NCBI RefSeq assembly: GCF_036971445.1
Contig: NC_091471.1
Location: forward strand, 261,330,001 to 261,394,000
Source of the DNA: Narcine bancroftii
Taxonomy: Eukaryota
Direction of reading: 5' to 3'
Length of the DNA: 64,000 nucleotides
Made by a program: the position numbers and the translations under genes. The notes beneath the pieces are model-generated. The model had not been told where the DNA came from. It did not search any database and saw only the letters and a list, made by a program, of their open reading frames with translations. Shown here piece after piece: positions 1 to 12,189 of this stretch. Position 1 is the stretch's first letter. The number at the start of each line of letters is the position of its first letter.

Positions 1-197
1 GAATTGGTGTGCAGAGGCTGGGTCTCCGAGTCCAGGTCATGGAGGTTCCTGTGTGAGGTGCCAAGGCTACTGAGAGGTCTCACCACCCCTCCATTATACT
101 TGCAGCTGGTCATGGCTATTTCGGTGAAAGGGTTACTCTCGCTGAAGCTGTTTTTGGATCCAGCATGGTGAAGACGATGGAAATCACTAGTGTTCAC
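1..197 (-). CDS. KCNN1: Coding exon (runs off the window start) of a small-conductance Ca2+-activated K+ channel (SK/KCa2 family), N-terminal region
   Basis: The minus strand reads [65 protein letters not shown]. [23 protein letters not shown]...RNLHxxDSExQPL is the SK N-terminal signature. A T-rich acceptor (ctttttgtttggtctatctatag|GTG) precedes it, phase 0. The family call is strong. KCNN1 rather than KCNN2/3 is inferred from the intron upstream of the SNPFTEIAM motif. Confidence 0.9.
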   Translation of the reverse strand, partial: MNTSDFHRLHHAGSKNSFSESNPFTEIAMTSCKYNGGVVRPLSSLGTSHRNLHDLDSETQPLHTN

Positions 198-1059
198 CTA
201 TAGATAGACCAAACAAAAAGTTTAAAAGTCAAAAAACTTATCCTGGTGCCTTGAATCAAAATTACATTCTTATTCAAGCAAGCCCAAGGCCAATGCAGAA
301 ACTTCATTTAAAACTTCAATCTTTTTAAAGAGTGAGCAGAGAGGGTTGGTGACAAAATGAGCCATGAAATCCTATATCTACCTGTGTTCATCGAATGAAT
401 TCTACACATTGTGCCAAGCTGTTCAATGAGAGGCACGGTCTCCTTTCAATCAGATCTTCTCTGAGAGTTGTTGAAATTGCATTCATCCTGGCGAACATTC
501 TACCACAGTCCTGAGTTTAGCTTGTAGATCAATGAAAGGCTTGGGGTTTGGGTGGCAGGGGCAAATGAGCGGCAGCCAAGCCTATTGTCCTAATAAACTC
601 TTACCCAAGCTAGAGATAGGGCTGCCCGCAATTCAGTGTTTTCCTGGCATCACAGGAACGCTGCTGGGGCAACACCTGGTAAGCATAATCACAGGGGAGT
701 TAAAAATAAATGATGCTTTAAAATTCTTTCCTTTGGACATTTTTATTAATTACGCGATGAACAGGCAGGGAAAAAGAAAGGAAGGCAAGATTGCCAAGGA
801 TCACTTGAATATTATGACTTGGTGGGTCCCTCTGAATCTCGAGAGGGAGATTTGGGAGTTTTGAGTTGAGCACATTTATTGGACTGATGTTCCTGGGTAG
901 TACGGAAGAAATGTTAATCCTCCTGCAGGAACAGTCTGTAGAAGCCGAAACAAATGCAAAGCCCATTCTCTGGTGGTTGTAAAAAAAATCCCAAAGCAAA
1001 AATCAAAGAAGACCTTGCAGCATTTTAGTACATTCTCTGTCAATGTAAGCTTTTTATTA

Positions 1060-2835
1060 ACTGACATGAGGCTGCTTTGGCAGATAATGTGAAGGTAAAC
1101 CCAAAGGGTTTCCACAAGCATATTAAGAGTAAAAGGATAGTAAGGGACAAAAACTGGTCCCCTAGAGGATCAGAGTGGTTGTCTATACATGGAGCCTCAT
1201 GTAATGGGGGAGATCTTAAACAGTTTTTCTGCATCAGTATTTATTCAGAAAACTGGCACAGTGTATAAGGAAGGAAGGGAAACAAACAGAAGTGTCATGG
1301 AATGTATGGAGATTAAGAAGGAAGAGGAGCTTGCTCCCTTACAGTGAATAAAGGTAGATAAATCCCTCAGGCTGGATATGATATTCCACTGGACCTTGAG
1401 GGAGACTAGTGTAGAAGTTGCAGTGGCCCTGGCAGATATATTCAAAATGTTCTTAGCCACGAGTGAGGTGCCAAAGGATGGGAGGGTAGCTCATGTTGTC
1501 CCGTTGTTTAAAAAAGGCTCCAAAAATAAACCAGGTAAATACAGGCCGGTGAGCCTAATGTCAGTAGTGGGTAAATCAGTGGAAGGAGTTCTGAGAGATA
1601 GGATATATATAGGCTAGTCAGCATGGCTATGTGTGTGATAAATCATGTTTAATGAATCTTGTAGTGTTACCAAAAAGGTAGATCAAGGAAAGGTTGTGGA
1701 TGTTGTCTTAATGGATTTTAGTAAGGCTTTTGACACGTTCCCACATGGCAGATTAGTTCAGAAGGTGCAAACACTAGATATCCATGGATGGATTGTAAAC
1801 TGGATTCAAAATTGGCTGTGTGGGAGAAAACAGAGAAGTAGTGGATGATTGGTTCTCAGACTGGAGGCCAGTGACTAATGGCATACTTCAGGGATTGGTG
1901 CTGGGGCCATTGTTGTTTCTTGTCTCTATCAATGATCTGGATGATAATGTGGTCAATTGGATCAGCAAGTTAGCCAATGACAAAGATAGGAGGCGTTGTG
2001 GACAGCGAGGAAGTTTTTCAAAGTCTCAGAGTGATCTGAACCAATTGGAAGAATGGGCCAAAACAAAAATGGCAGATGAAATTTAATGCAGACAAGCGCA
2101 GGGTGTTGCATTGTGGAAGGACAAACCAAGGTAGAACAAAGCACAGTAAATGGTAGGGCACCGAGGAGCAAAGATCTGGGAGTACAGATACACAATTCAC
2201 TGAAGGTGATGTCGGACAGCATTGTAAAGAAAGAGTTTGGTATCTTAGCCTTTACAAATCAAAGTATTGAGTATAGAAGTTGGGATGTTATTTAAAGTTG
2301 TTGGAGACATTGGTGAGGCCAAATTTGGAATATTGTGTGCAGTTCTGGTCACCTAACTACAGGAAGGATACCAATAAGATTTAAAGAGTGCAGAGAAGAT
2401 TTACTAGGATGTTGCTGGATCTTCAGGAGTTGAGTTACAGGGAAAGATTAAACAAGTTAGGACTTTATTCCTTGGAGCAAAAAAGAATGAGGGGAGATTT
2501 GATAGAGGTTTACAAGATTATGAGAGGTATAAACAGAGTGGACGTGAGTAGGCTTTTTTCACTTAGATCATAGTTCTAAGCTGAAAGGGGAAAAGTTTAG
2601 GGGAACATTAGGGGAAAGTTCTTCACTCAGAGAGTGGTTGGAGTGTGGAATGAGCTACCATCTGAGGTGGTGAATGCATGCTCAATCTTAAGTTTTAAGA
2701 ATAAATTGGATAAATGCATGGATGGGAGAGGTCTGGAGGGTTATAGAATGGGAGGACTGTGGGATGAGTGGAATGGTGGTCAGCACAGTCTAGAGGGGTT
2801 GAATGACCTGTTTTCTGTGCTGTGGCATACTATGT
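1060..2835 (+). mobile_element. CR1-clade LINE, 5'-truncated, degenerate ORF2 (RT) plus 3' end
   Basis: Fragmented ORFs carry CR1 motifs VVPLFKKG..YRPVSL, DFSKAFD, QGLVLGPLLF, LSYRERL..LGLYSLE..RGDLIEVYKI and WNELP. Ends in a typical CR1 3' segment (cctgttttctgtgctgt...tatgttat). Confidence 0.9.
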
Positions 2836-3232
2836 TATATGCCAGCATACAAATTGGTCCTTGAAGTTTAAAAAAAATGTCACTCCAAAACCAGGAGCCG
2901 TCTTATACGGCAAAAGTAAAATCTAATCCTTAACAGCAATGTCTCAGCCCACTCCAGCGGGGTCCATCCTCCCAGTCCAGCTGGCTGTTAAAGAAGCAGA
3001 TGGTGGTTTTATTTTAAAACATGCTAATAAAATTTCAACCTTTACTGGGTAATTTGCTTTTAATATATTGTGAATTATTATATTAAATGATCCCAGCAGC
3101 ATCACTCCACTGGTCAGCAGTAAGTGCTAAACTTGGGGTAGTCTTATACAGTGAATAGAGCTCAAAACCTATATTTTAGGTAGAAATTCACAGGTTGTCT
3201 TATACACTTGTTTTATATGCTGGCATATACTG
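2836..3232. mobile_element. Non-autonomous Tc1/mariner-pogo (Tigger-like) DNA transposon remnant
   Basis: Terminal inverted match tatatgccagcata (2836-2849) / tatgctggcatata (3216-3229). An internal gtcttatac motif repeats at ~2900, ~3141 and ~3197. Confidence 0.5.
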
Positions 3233-3609
3233 TTTTTTTTAAAAATAAAAACACACATGGGAGAGAGTTGGACAATTCACAACTCAGGTTAACAACTGGG
3301 AAGAAAGGGGAGGAAACATTTCCATCCAGATATAATACCGGGTGGCAAAGCGAGTTGAGGAGGATACAAAGGGACATTGAGGAAGTTGCAAAGAAGATAC
3401 AGTCAGAGCATAATTGGGTGAATGTGAGTTTATTTAATTTGACAAGCAAAATAGGGAAATTGGGATGGTTTTGAAATTGGATTTCATCCTGATTAACATG
3501 AAAAATTCAGATCTAATATCCAATCAGGAGATGCCATCAAAACTCTGAAATTGGGGGAAGTTTATAAAAGATTGTTAGGGTGACTCTATATGTATTGATA
3601 CATTGAAAT

Positions 3610-3946
3610 ACAAATTGTACAGTTTCTTTTTTTTTGTTATAAATTTTTTATTTTTCACACCATAAATCACATTAGCCATGATATACACTATTTCTTTTTC
3701 ATACATATACAGTGACTTTTTCTCCCCCCCTCCCTCCTCCCAAGCCACCCCCCCCACCCCCCCTCTCACAAATTGTACAGTTTCTTTTTTTTTTATTGTT
3801 ATAAATTTTTTATTTTTCACACCATAAATCACATTAGCCATGATATACACTATTTCTTTTTCACACATATACAGTGACTTTTTCTCCCCCCCCCTCCTTC
3901 CAAGCCACCCCCCCACCCCCCCCTCTCACAAATTGTACAGTTTCTT
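3610..3946 (-). mobile_element. Two tandem copies of an L1 3'-end fragment separated and flanked by three copies of a 19-bp TSD
   Basis: acaaattgtacagtttctt occurs at 3610-3628, 3768-3786 and 3928-3946. Each intervening ~140 bp has a G-rich tract and an A-tail on the minus strand and resembles the 3' UTR of the L1 at ~17460-17600. Confidence 0.85.
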
Positions 3947-3989
3947 GAGGCACTGCTCTGTTGAGATTGCCACTGGAAGTCATGGGAAG

Positions 3990-4330
3990 TGGCTTTCAGT
4001 CTGAAAGGAGACGCTTCATTCAGCCACAAGGAAAGAATGTAGCAGGTGGTCAGGAGAGAGTGGTCCAGAAAGTGTTCACATCTTCCTCGGAGAACTGAAT
4101 CATTCCCACCAACTCTGGAAATCTCTGGCCAACGATGACTCGCAGTGGAGAGCGAGCATAATCAGTAGAATGAGAGGACCACCTCATAATCCACCACCCA
4201 CTCACTCTGTCAGCCACCTCGTTCATCATATGTAGAGGAATCTTGTGGCTGCCAGACTGGCCTCATTAGTCATCTCAGACCCAAGGGGAGGCAAGTCATC
4301 CTCAATCCCATGGGACGGCTTAAGAACAAA
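3990..4330 (+). mobile_element. Old RTE-like LINE 3' remnant
   Basis: Degenerate C-terminal coding traces (ggcctcattagtcatctcaga = GLISHLR) and an RTE-type 3' end (caagtcatcctcaatcccatgggacggcttaagaac). Confidence 0.5.
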
Positions 4331-5019
4331 TGATGGTTGCCATGGAGAGGAGAGAAACTGTACGAGTGAGAGGGAATCATATGCCTTCCATGTATGTGAC
4401 AGCAGAGCAGGCTCCCTCCCAAGAACCTTTGGCCACCTGCTGTGCCATGGTTGGCTCCAACCATCATCAGCACAGGATCCTCTTTCTGGATCGCAGAAAA
4501 GGTGACAGAACAGAAGGAGGTCCCTGCCTATTGCATCAGTGTTGAAAAAGAATTACCTGACATCCATCCACCTACTAACACTAGGTTTATCCCTGCAGAG
4601 ATTCCACACATTTCTCTTCTGTGAAATAAGCCCTGAGACCCAGAAACAATGTGAAATTTACTGGCATTAAAAACTCAAGACAGCAAATTCCCATAGCAAT
4701 TCATTAATATGCTGAAAGATCCTTTAATTCACATCTTCATGCTGATTTGCTGTGCATTTTCTGTGTGCACTGGAGTTATAAAGAAAGGTTCTTTATTATT
4801 GCTTTAATTTGCATTAATGGCGCCAAAATGCGTGCCATGCATGTTAATGACGTCATTGCATTCAGGATGGATACTATTCAAGTATCAGGAAGTGCCCAGT
4901 CCAATTCCTAGTTGGGAGAGTCTTCCAAAAGGGAATGATTATTACCACTTTAAAACATGCATAAAATGTTTTTTAATGAAAATAAAACAACTCAAATGGA
5001 TTCAATTTCTCAGCAATTA

Positions 5020-6530
5020 CTGGTGAAGAGGGATCTGGCGACATCAGTTCATGAAGAGCAAAAGGTAACCAGACAGGTAGAGCAAGCAATTGAGAAGGCA
5101 GATGGTGTATTGGCCTTTATGTTGGTGAGTTAGAGAAAGGGAGGGAGTTTTGCTGAGGTTGAACAGGCTTTAGGAAAACCTCATTTGGAATACCGCATGC
5201 ACTTTTGCTTCAAGGATATACTTGCCTTGAAATCAGTGCAGTGTAGACCCTCAAGGTGGATTCCTGGCATGAAGGGTTGTATAATGAAGACAGATTGAGT
5301 TGGCTTGGCCTGTGATCATTGGAAAAGAAAGAGAGGTGACATTGAGGTGGCTGATTTTGACAGGGATTGACAGGGAGGATGCGGAGAGGCTCTTTGATCA
5401 AGAGGCTACACTTTGCTGAAATCTGCACCAAAAAGCAAACAGCTGAAAGAACTCAGGAGCTGTTGGAATCTAGGGGTTAAAACAGTATGAAATAAAGGAT
5501 TAATCAATAAGTTTATTTGGACTGCATGAGTCAGGGAAAGAGGAATGTGGCTAAGTGGCTGTCACAGCATGGAGCAAAGTTGGCTGAACAAAATTGGCTG
5601 CTCCCAAGATACAGGGAGAGGATATGCATAAAACGATTGAGGAGGAATGCTCAACTGAAGGAGGTGGGAAGTAGCACAGGAGACACAGGCCAGATCAGAA
5701 CAAAGAATGGCCCGCAAGAATCAAAGGGAATGGAAAACCAGTCGAGGAGGAAGATTAAGGCACAAGGAGGTGTTAAAGAGAACAGCAGAAATTGGCCAGA
5801 CAGGGACCGAATGGTGATTAGAAATATCTGGGGATGAATTAATTTCAGATCTAAACAACAGGATAGTCTGGCCTGGAGGATTAACATGGGAAGGCTACAC
5901 CCCAGAAATCTGCAAAACAGGAGATGACTTGTGATAACCCTTATGCAAAAAGATCTAGCAGGGAAAACAACTTTTGTTCTGTGTGATAAGATTGACCTAT
6001 ATAAACTGTGCCAACTGGACAATAGGGGTCAGTCTCGGGGAGCAGCTCACTGGCAGGTGACCTATGAACTAACAGACTGACCCAGAGCTCTGTTAAGTTT
6101 TATTCTTGTGCTGTGTAATAAATTGACTGTTGAACCGAATACCTTCTCCTATCACTTCATTCAAAGAACGTGCTGGACTCAGACTACACATAGACTAAAT
6201 TAAGAGTAAGTTAAAGCCAGAGTCCAACAGAGCTCAACCCATCGAGTTCCTCCAGTAGTTTGACGCTTTGATCAGGTTTCATAGGCTGGAGCTGTGGCAC
6301 ATTCCAAATGCATGGTTATCCCATTCAGGGCTGAGACGAGAAGAAATCCTTCTACGGAGGGCTGTAAATCTTTGAAATCCTGCTCCCTAACCACTCAGTG
6401 GCTGAGCACATTCAAAATCCAAGGTCTTTGAACCGGAGGTAATCAGAGAATTTGGTGATCTGGTAGAAAAGAAGATACAGCACAAGATCAACTGTGATCA
6501 CACTGAGTGGCGGAGGATGGCACCCAGAAT
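5020..6530 (+). mobile_element. Old CR1 3' remnant interrupted by a Penelope-type fragment and a solo LTR
   Basis: CR1-like sequence at ~5020-5400 resumes at ~6300-6530 (agaaatccttctacggagggctgtaaatctttgaaat). Confidence 0.6.
5461..6229 (+). mobile_element. Solo LTR (769 bp) of an LTR retrotransposon/ERV
   Basis: Starts TGTTGGA and ends TCCAACA (perfect 7-bp inverted termini). 4-bp TSD GAGC on both sides. TATA-like tatataaa at ~5998 and AATAAA at ~6117. Confidence 0.85.
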
Positions 6531-7439
6531 AATTTCCTCAGGGTTATACTTGTGTTTTTCGGTTCTATTGTCAGAAGGCTCTTCTCAAAATGAAATGGTG
6601 TCAATTTCCACTTGCCAAATGTTAGTGACGTGGAAGTTGCGTAAATAAGTGATAACAAACAAAAGCTAGGAGAGTTAAAAACAAGAAAATTCACAATGCC
6701 TGCTCATTTACATCAATAACCTCGTGTGGGGCCTCATGAATGAGTCTGATCCTGTTACTTGTCGATATATGGGCGACGTTGGCAAGGGAAACTGATGAGA
6801 CACTCTTTACACTGAGAGTTTTCAAAATAAACTTGCATCTCACCCAGAAGCACACATGGCACCGAACGGTAGCACTTCAGACAGAGGTTGCATACGACTG
6901 TTTAAAATGGGTACGGAATCGTTTCCCAGTGTCCTAGACTGACATGGTGTATTGTGTGGTTAATTACAACTCACAAACTAATCGGCACAAACACAGATGT
7001 CTGGTTGAGCATCCTTGCTGCACGTCAAAAAAATAATTGCTGGAGATCTTAAAAATGCATTGAATATTCAGTTAATTATAGTTCACGGACTGAAATCCAC
7101 AGATATCAAACCCAAAATTATACAGCATTTGGTCTGAAGTCTGCAAAAGATGGAAGAAAATGTTGAACAATTGCCTGTTCCTTCATAAGAAGTGATATCA
7201 ATACAATTTGTACAAATGATCACACTCACTGCCTGGATAAATGCCTCCAGACACAATATCCTTTGTGTAGAGTGGACACTTGATTGATCTGATCTGTGGT
7301 CAGGAAAATAGGAGGTAGCTGTTAGTGATAGAAGCAAGGCTCGATCTCATCTCTGCATGACAGCGTAAAATGGGTCATGGTATTCTATGTCTTCAGTTAC
7401 TTTTTATTTGAGTGAAGTTAATGAGAATTAAGTTTTCAG

Positions 7440-7900
7440 GATATGCTGGCACAGCCAGCATACATTTGCCATCCTAATTGCCTTTGGAAAGATAATGTGA
7501 GCCACCTACTAGAACCACTATAGTCCTGTGGAGGTATTCTGCTAAGGACAGAGATCCAGGGACAATAAAGGGACAGCAATATAATTTCAAGTCAGGATGG
7601 GGCGTGACGTGGAGAAGAAGCGGTGGGTGGTTGTCTTCCCATGTGTTCTTGTCCTTGGAGGCAGAGAACATGGCATGCTGTTGGAAGTACACACTACAGC
7701 CACAGCACGATGGTGGTGAGGGAATGAATGCATTGTATAGTGGATGTGAGGCCAATCATACAGGCTGTTTCACCCTGGATGGTATCAAATTTCCTGGCCA
7801 TCAATGGAGCTACGTTCACCCAGCAGAGTATTTAATTACATCTCTGACATGCCTTGTAGATGTCAGAAAGTCTTAGGAGTATCAGGAAGAGGACATGCTT
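7440..7900 (-). mobile_element. Old CR1/L2-type LINE 3' remnant
   Basis: catttgccatcctaattgcctttgg...gagccacc motif, related to the remnants at ~20560-20870, ~36990-37200 and ~38990-40760. Confidence 0.45.
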
Positions 7901-8619
7901 ATTCCAAGAAACTCTGAATATATCAAACCACCATTGGCAATCTTGCGTCCATTTCTTTCTAGGGCCAGATAATGTGGTAGAATTTAACTGGCTATTTCAT
8001 TTTCCTGTAACCATCAGCTGAAGACAAATGTACATGTTAAATTTAAAGCAAAGACATTAACAGCCAAACAGGGTAAGAGCATAGGGGCAGTGGGGTTGAT
8101 GATGACATAGTTACTTGCGATCTTTGATCACTTGAACTACTTAATGGTGAAGCCCCAGTTTTAGTGAGTACATTTAGAACTCATCGGAAGCCTGACAGGT
8201 AACTGGCCAATTACAGTGCACTTATGCTCCAGCACTTTGTAATTAAAGGTCATTAATTGATGTAGATTTCATTGTAGAGCATGGAATAGGCCAATACAAA
8301 TCCAAAATCAATATGTGTGTCTCCAGTGCAATTGCATTGAGGCCAACTGCTTCAAACATTAGAGACTTCTTCTCCTGACCAAAAAAGGCTATTCAACCCT
8401 TTTAGCTGATTCTCCCAAGTACATGCTCATCAAAGCATCATCGTCCCATTGTGAATCTACAACCCTAATTTGCCTGCTCAAAAAACAACCAGTCAGGTCT
8501 TGAAATCTTCATTAACACCTGTTTCAGCTTCTTTTATAGGGAAGAGAGTTGCAAATTCCCAATGCACTCAACGTGTGAAAGTGTTTTCTAACATCTCCTC
8601 TGACTCAGATATCTAAGAT

Positions 8620-9322
8620 TCAATCTTGTCAAATGGTGCAAGAATAACAAACTGGGTCTCCACATGGACAAAATGAAGGAAATAATCGAAGACTTCAGGA
8701 GGACCAGGAATGACCACCCTCCACTACACAACAACAACTCTGTAGTGGAGAGCACCAAATTCCTTGGAGTTCACTTAACTAGTGACCTACCCTGGACATA
8801 CATCTCCTCACTTCTCAGGTGCACTTCCTGAGAAGACTGAGGCAGGAAAGGTTCTTCAGGACCTGGCTGGATCACAATGTGGTACGGTTGCTCAAGAGAA
8901 CTGAATTGGAGGTCAATCCACAGGACCAAAAGACTGGTAGAGAGAATCATTCCAGTCGCCCTCTACCTCGTCAACGTGATCTACCTGGATCGTTGTTTGA
9001 AGAGGGTGTGCAAAATCACTGAGGACCCCTTTCCACCCTGCCCACAGCATCTTTCATTTACTCCCATTGAGAAACAGATACAGGAGTATCAGAGCTAGTA
9101 CTAAGAAACATCTTCCCACAGGCAGCAACACTGCTGATCAACTAAAGGAACTGCTCACACTAATCCTCCAAGATTCTGTTTATTTTTTATAGATGTATAT
9201 TTCTTCTGGATGTGCATTGTATGTGTGTTATGTGTTTGCATGTTTTGCGCTGGGGATTGGAGAATGTTGTTTCGTCGGGTTGTACTTGTACAATTGGATG
9301 ATCAATGAACTTGAACTTGAAC
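8620..9322 (+). mobile_element. Rex1/Babar-clade LINE 3' fragment
   Basis: KFLGVHLTSDL and HFLRRLR coding relics; tail aatgaacttgaacttgaac; homologous to 21255-22085, 43030-43580 and 62900-63778. Confidence 0.8.
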
Positions 9323-10769
9323 ATTCAGGATTCCCCATCTTTGTGTCTGTCTGTCACGGTGTCTCTCCACTCCAGCAACCAATCATTCTCCAAATCACTG
9401 GGTGGTATGGTTAATGCAATGCATACACAGCACCTGCGACCACATGGATTTCCTTTGGCTGCTCTGGTTTTCTCGCATTTTCAAAAGTCATATGGGGTTA
9501 GTAGGTTAGTTATACGAGTGTATTTGGGTAGCACTGGCTTATGGGCCAGAGGGCCCATTAATGTGCTGATTCTGCAAATTATAACCATTCAAGCTGAACT
9601 TTAACCCTGATTGCACCCTGCCCTTGACAGGAACAAATGATCTGGTGTTCCTAACCAGGACCAATCATCACAGACAATCTGTGACATTTCAACCATGAGC
9701 AAGGTCTTTGACCAATGAAGAGTTCAGGTGGTTTCATGGAATTAGGGCTCAGTAATAGTCCAACTGTAACTGCAGTGAAGGGAGGGTTTGAAGAATCATG
9801 GAGCTGAGAGCTCTCTTCACCATCACACTACCAGCAACGATCTGATAGAGCGGTGGTCATAAAAGCTAGATCTTCCCTTTGAAATTAACCAAATATGGCT
9901 CCCTGTCACTCCTTTGGAGGTGGGGGGGGGGGGGGGTGGGGGGAGGAGGGTGCATGCGCGTGTGCGTGATGTTTTATGTAGGTTTTTGTGTCTATGAGTT
10001 TTGGTGTTGAGATGTGCAAGGGAGCATGTGTCTTTAAGTGTTGGGATGTGTGAGGACATGCCTGTGAGCGTGTGCATATGACAAATAAGTATGTAGTTAC
10101 ATGCTGTGACCCTCAGCTTGAAGAAATACGGACTTTGCACAGTGCATTGCTAGAGAATTCCCTTGCTAAATTCTTTTCTATGCCAGCACTGCACCTACAG
10201 TCAAACTGACGGAGAGAAGCTGGCATATACTTCAGATAGGGCTCGTTATGCATGGTCTATGATTCTCTGGATTACAACTGCAAATCCATATTTGACTCAG
10301 AGATATCTTTAACAGGAAAGCACATTGAAGTGTAAAGTGTGCTAATAATACCAGGTACTGCAATTGCTGCAACAAAATTCCAATTTATTCTTCATCTTAT
10401 TTTTCACGTTCATTTCCTGGAACAGCAAACAACCCACTGTCCAGTTACGTGGTCTGCAAAAATTTAATAATCGGGTTATGAGATTTGACAATAATTCTTG
10501 GAGCTTGTTGTGACGGGGAGGAACATTTTAACTACAAGGCATGGCATGGAGTGCCATTACAGGCAATGCAGTGGAAGGGTGGGTGTGAACATTTTGTATT
10601 GTGCACATTGCTACTGTTGGGAAAATAAAACAGAGACATGGTCACAGAATCTATTCTCCCAAATATGTATCATGGAGGAGAGATTTCTATAAATGATGGA
10701 TAGGGCTTACAGAATCAATGTTACACAGTGACAGTCCTGCACCTATCAATACTGTACTGCAGTGATAAG

Positions 10770-11000
10770 CAGAGAGCAGCACAGTTTATGTAGCATTAGC
10801 ACAATGCTATTGCTGTGCGAGCGACCGAGGTTCGAATCCACCGCTGTCTGTAATGACTTTGCATGTTCTCGTGTCTGCGTGGGTTTCTGCTTGGTGCTGC
10901 AGTTTCCTCTCCCATTCCAAAGACGTATGGGGTTAATAGGTTAATTGGTCACATGTGTACTGGGCGGTGAAGGCTTATGGGTCACAAGGGTCTGTGGCAT
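10770..11000 (+). mobile_element. tRNA-derived V-SINE (HE1-like)
   Basis: B-box GGTTCGAATCC at ~10829, then the V-domain tttgcatgttctc..gtgtctgcgtgggtttc...gtttcctc, then a CR1-like tail. More degenerate copies at ~9400-9570 (+), ~42780-42910 (-), ~56640-56770 (-) and ~60700-60860 (-). Confidence 0.8.
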
Positions 11001-11813
11001 CTTTGTGTTAAATATACTCTAAATGCAATATAAAAAATAGATCTGCATGCATCACAAGTGTATCCCAGAGTGACACGCATACCCGATATTACTGCATCTT
11101 CAATGTTAAACAGAAACAGATCTACACCTTTCAGTACAGCACCCCAGGATTAAACACAGTGACATGCACGAATGGTGCTATACCAAGACAGACAAACCGC
11201 TGATACTGTTTTACTGACAGAGACCTGTGTCCATCAGTATTGGACCCAAAGTTATGCAATTATAGACTTCTACCCACCAGAATAGTTACCCAATATTATA
11301 TTGGAGAGACCTGAACACACCAGTACTGTAACCCAGTATTAAACTGCAACACAACTGCACTGTACGACAACATCATACAGGAACAGACGAGTTCACCAGA
11401 ACTGCATCCAGTATTAAATTGTTACACACTGGTCCAATCATAAATTATCCTAATGTCATTCAGTGAAGGCTTGTCATCAACATTATTATCCCTAGAGTGA
11501 AACAACAGCAATATGAACCCACCAGTAGTGTCCCCAAATGCTCCTCAACCCCATTGTTTTAAGTACCCATACTATACACCAATGTTATAACAAAACAAGT
11601 TAGTATCCACCATTATCTACTCCACTGCATTACAATGACAGATTATAACCCATTAGTTTCCACTAGTACCATGCTCTAGATTTATATAGCAACAGCCCAG
11701 TTCCTCCTGTCCACAGTACTGAAGCTGAAATGTCCTTCCCATAGTATGGATGACACCAAAATGTAGAGTGGAGAGTGACCAAGATTATCTACAGATTACA
11801 ACAGGATCTAGCT

Positions 11814-12189
11814 CAGTGGTTTTCAAACTTTCTCTTTCCACTCACATACTACTTTAAGTAATTCCTATGTCATTGATGCTCTGTGATGAGTAAGGGATTG
11901 CTTAAGGTGGGATGCGAGTGGGAAGGGAAGGTTGAGAACCATTGCTCTGGACCCAATTGTTACCGAAATATTTTGCTTGAGAAAAATTGTCATTGGCCCA
12001 TTTCGTTTGGAGTTCTGAAATCATGCACATAACGAGTCAATGAGGGACGATGAAAACAGTGGGTTTCAAATTTCTTTCTTTCCACCCACATACCACCTTA
12101 AGCAATCCCTTCCTAATCACAAAGCACCTATGGCATCGGGAATACTTAAAGTGGGATGTGAGTTGGAAGAAAAAGGTTGGGAACCACTG
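11814..12189. mobile_element. Non-autonomous hAT (Charlie-like) composite MITE, copy 1
   Basis: Termini cagtggttttcaa / ttgggaaccactg. Two ~130-bp inverted subunits, each with its own hAT ends, surround a ~110-bp spacer. Both flanks have CTAG-centred 8-mers. Confidence 0.8.

Noticed and set aside
4270-4545. Short ORFs on both strands (His-containing 67 aa on minus; 71 aa on plus) as possible SK exons
   Set aside because: Partly overlap an RTE 3' end, with no convincing splice sites or recognisable homology.
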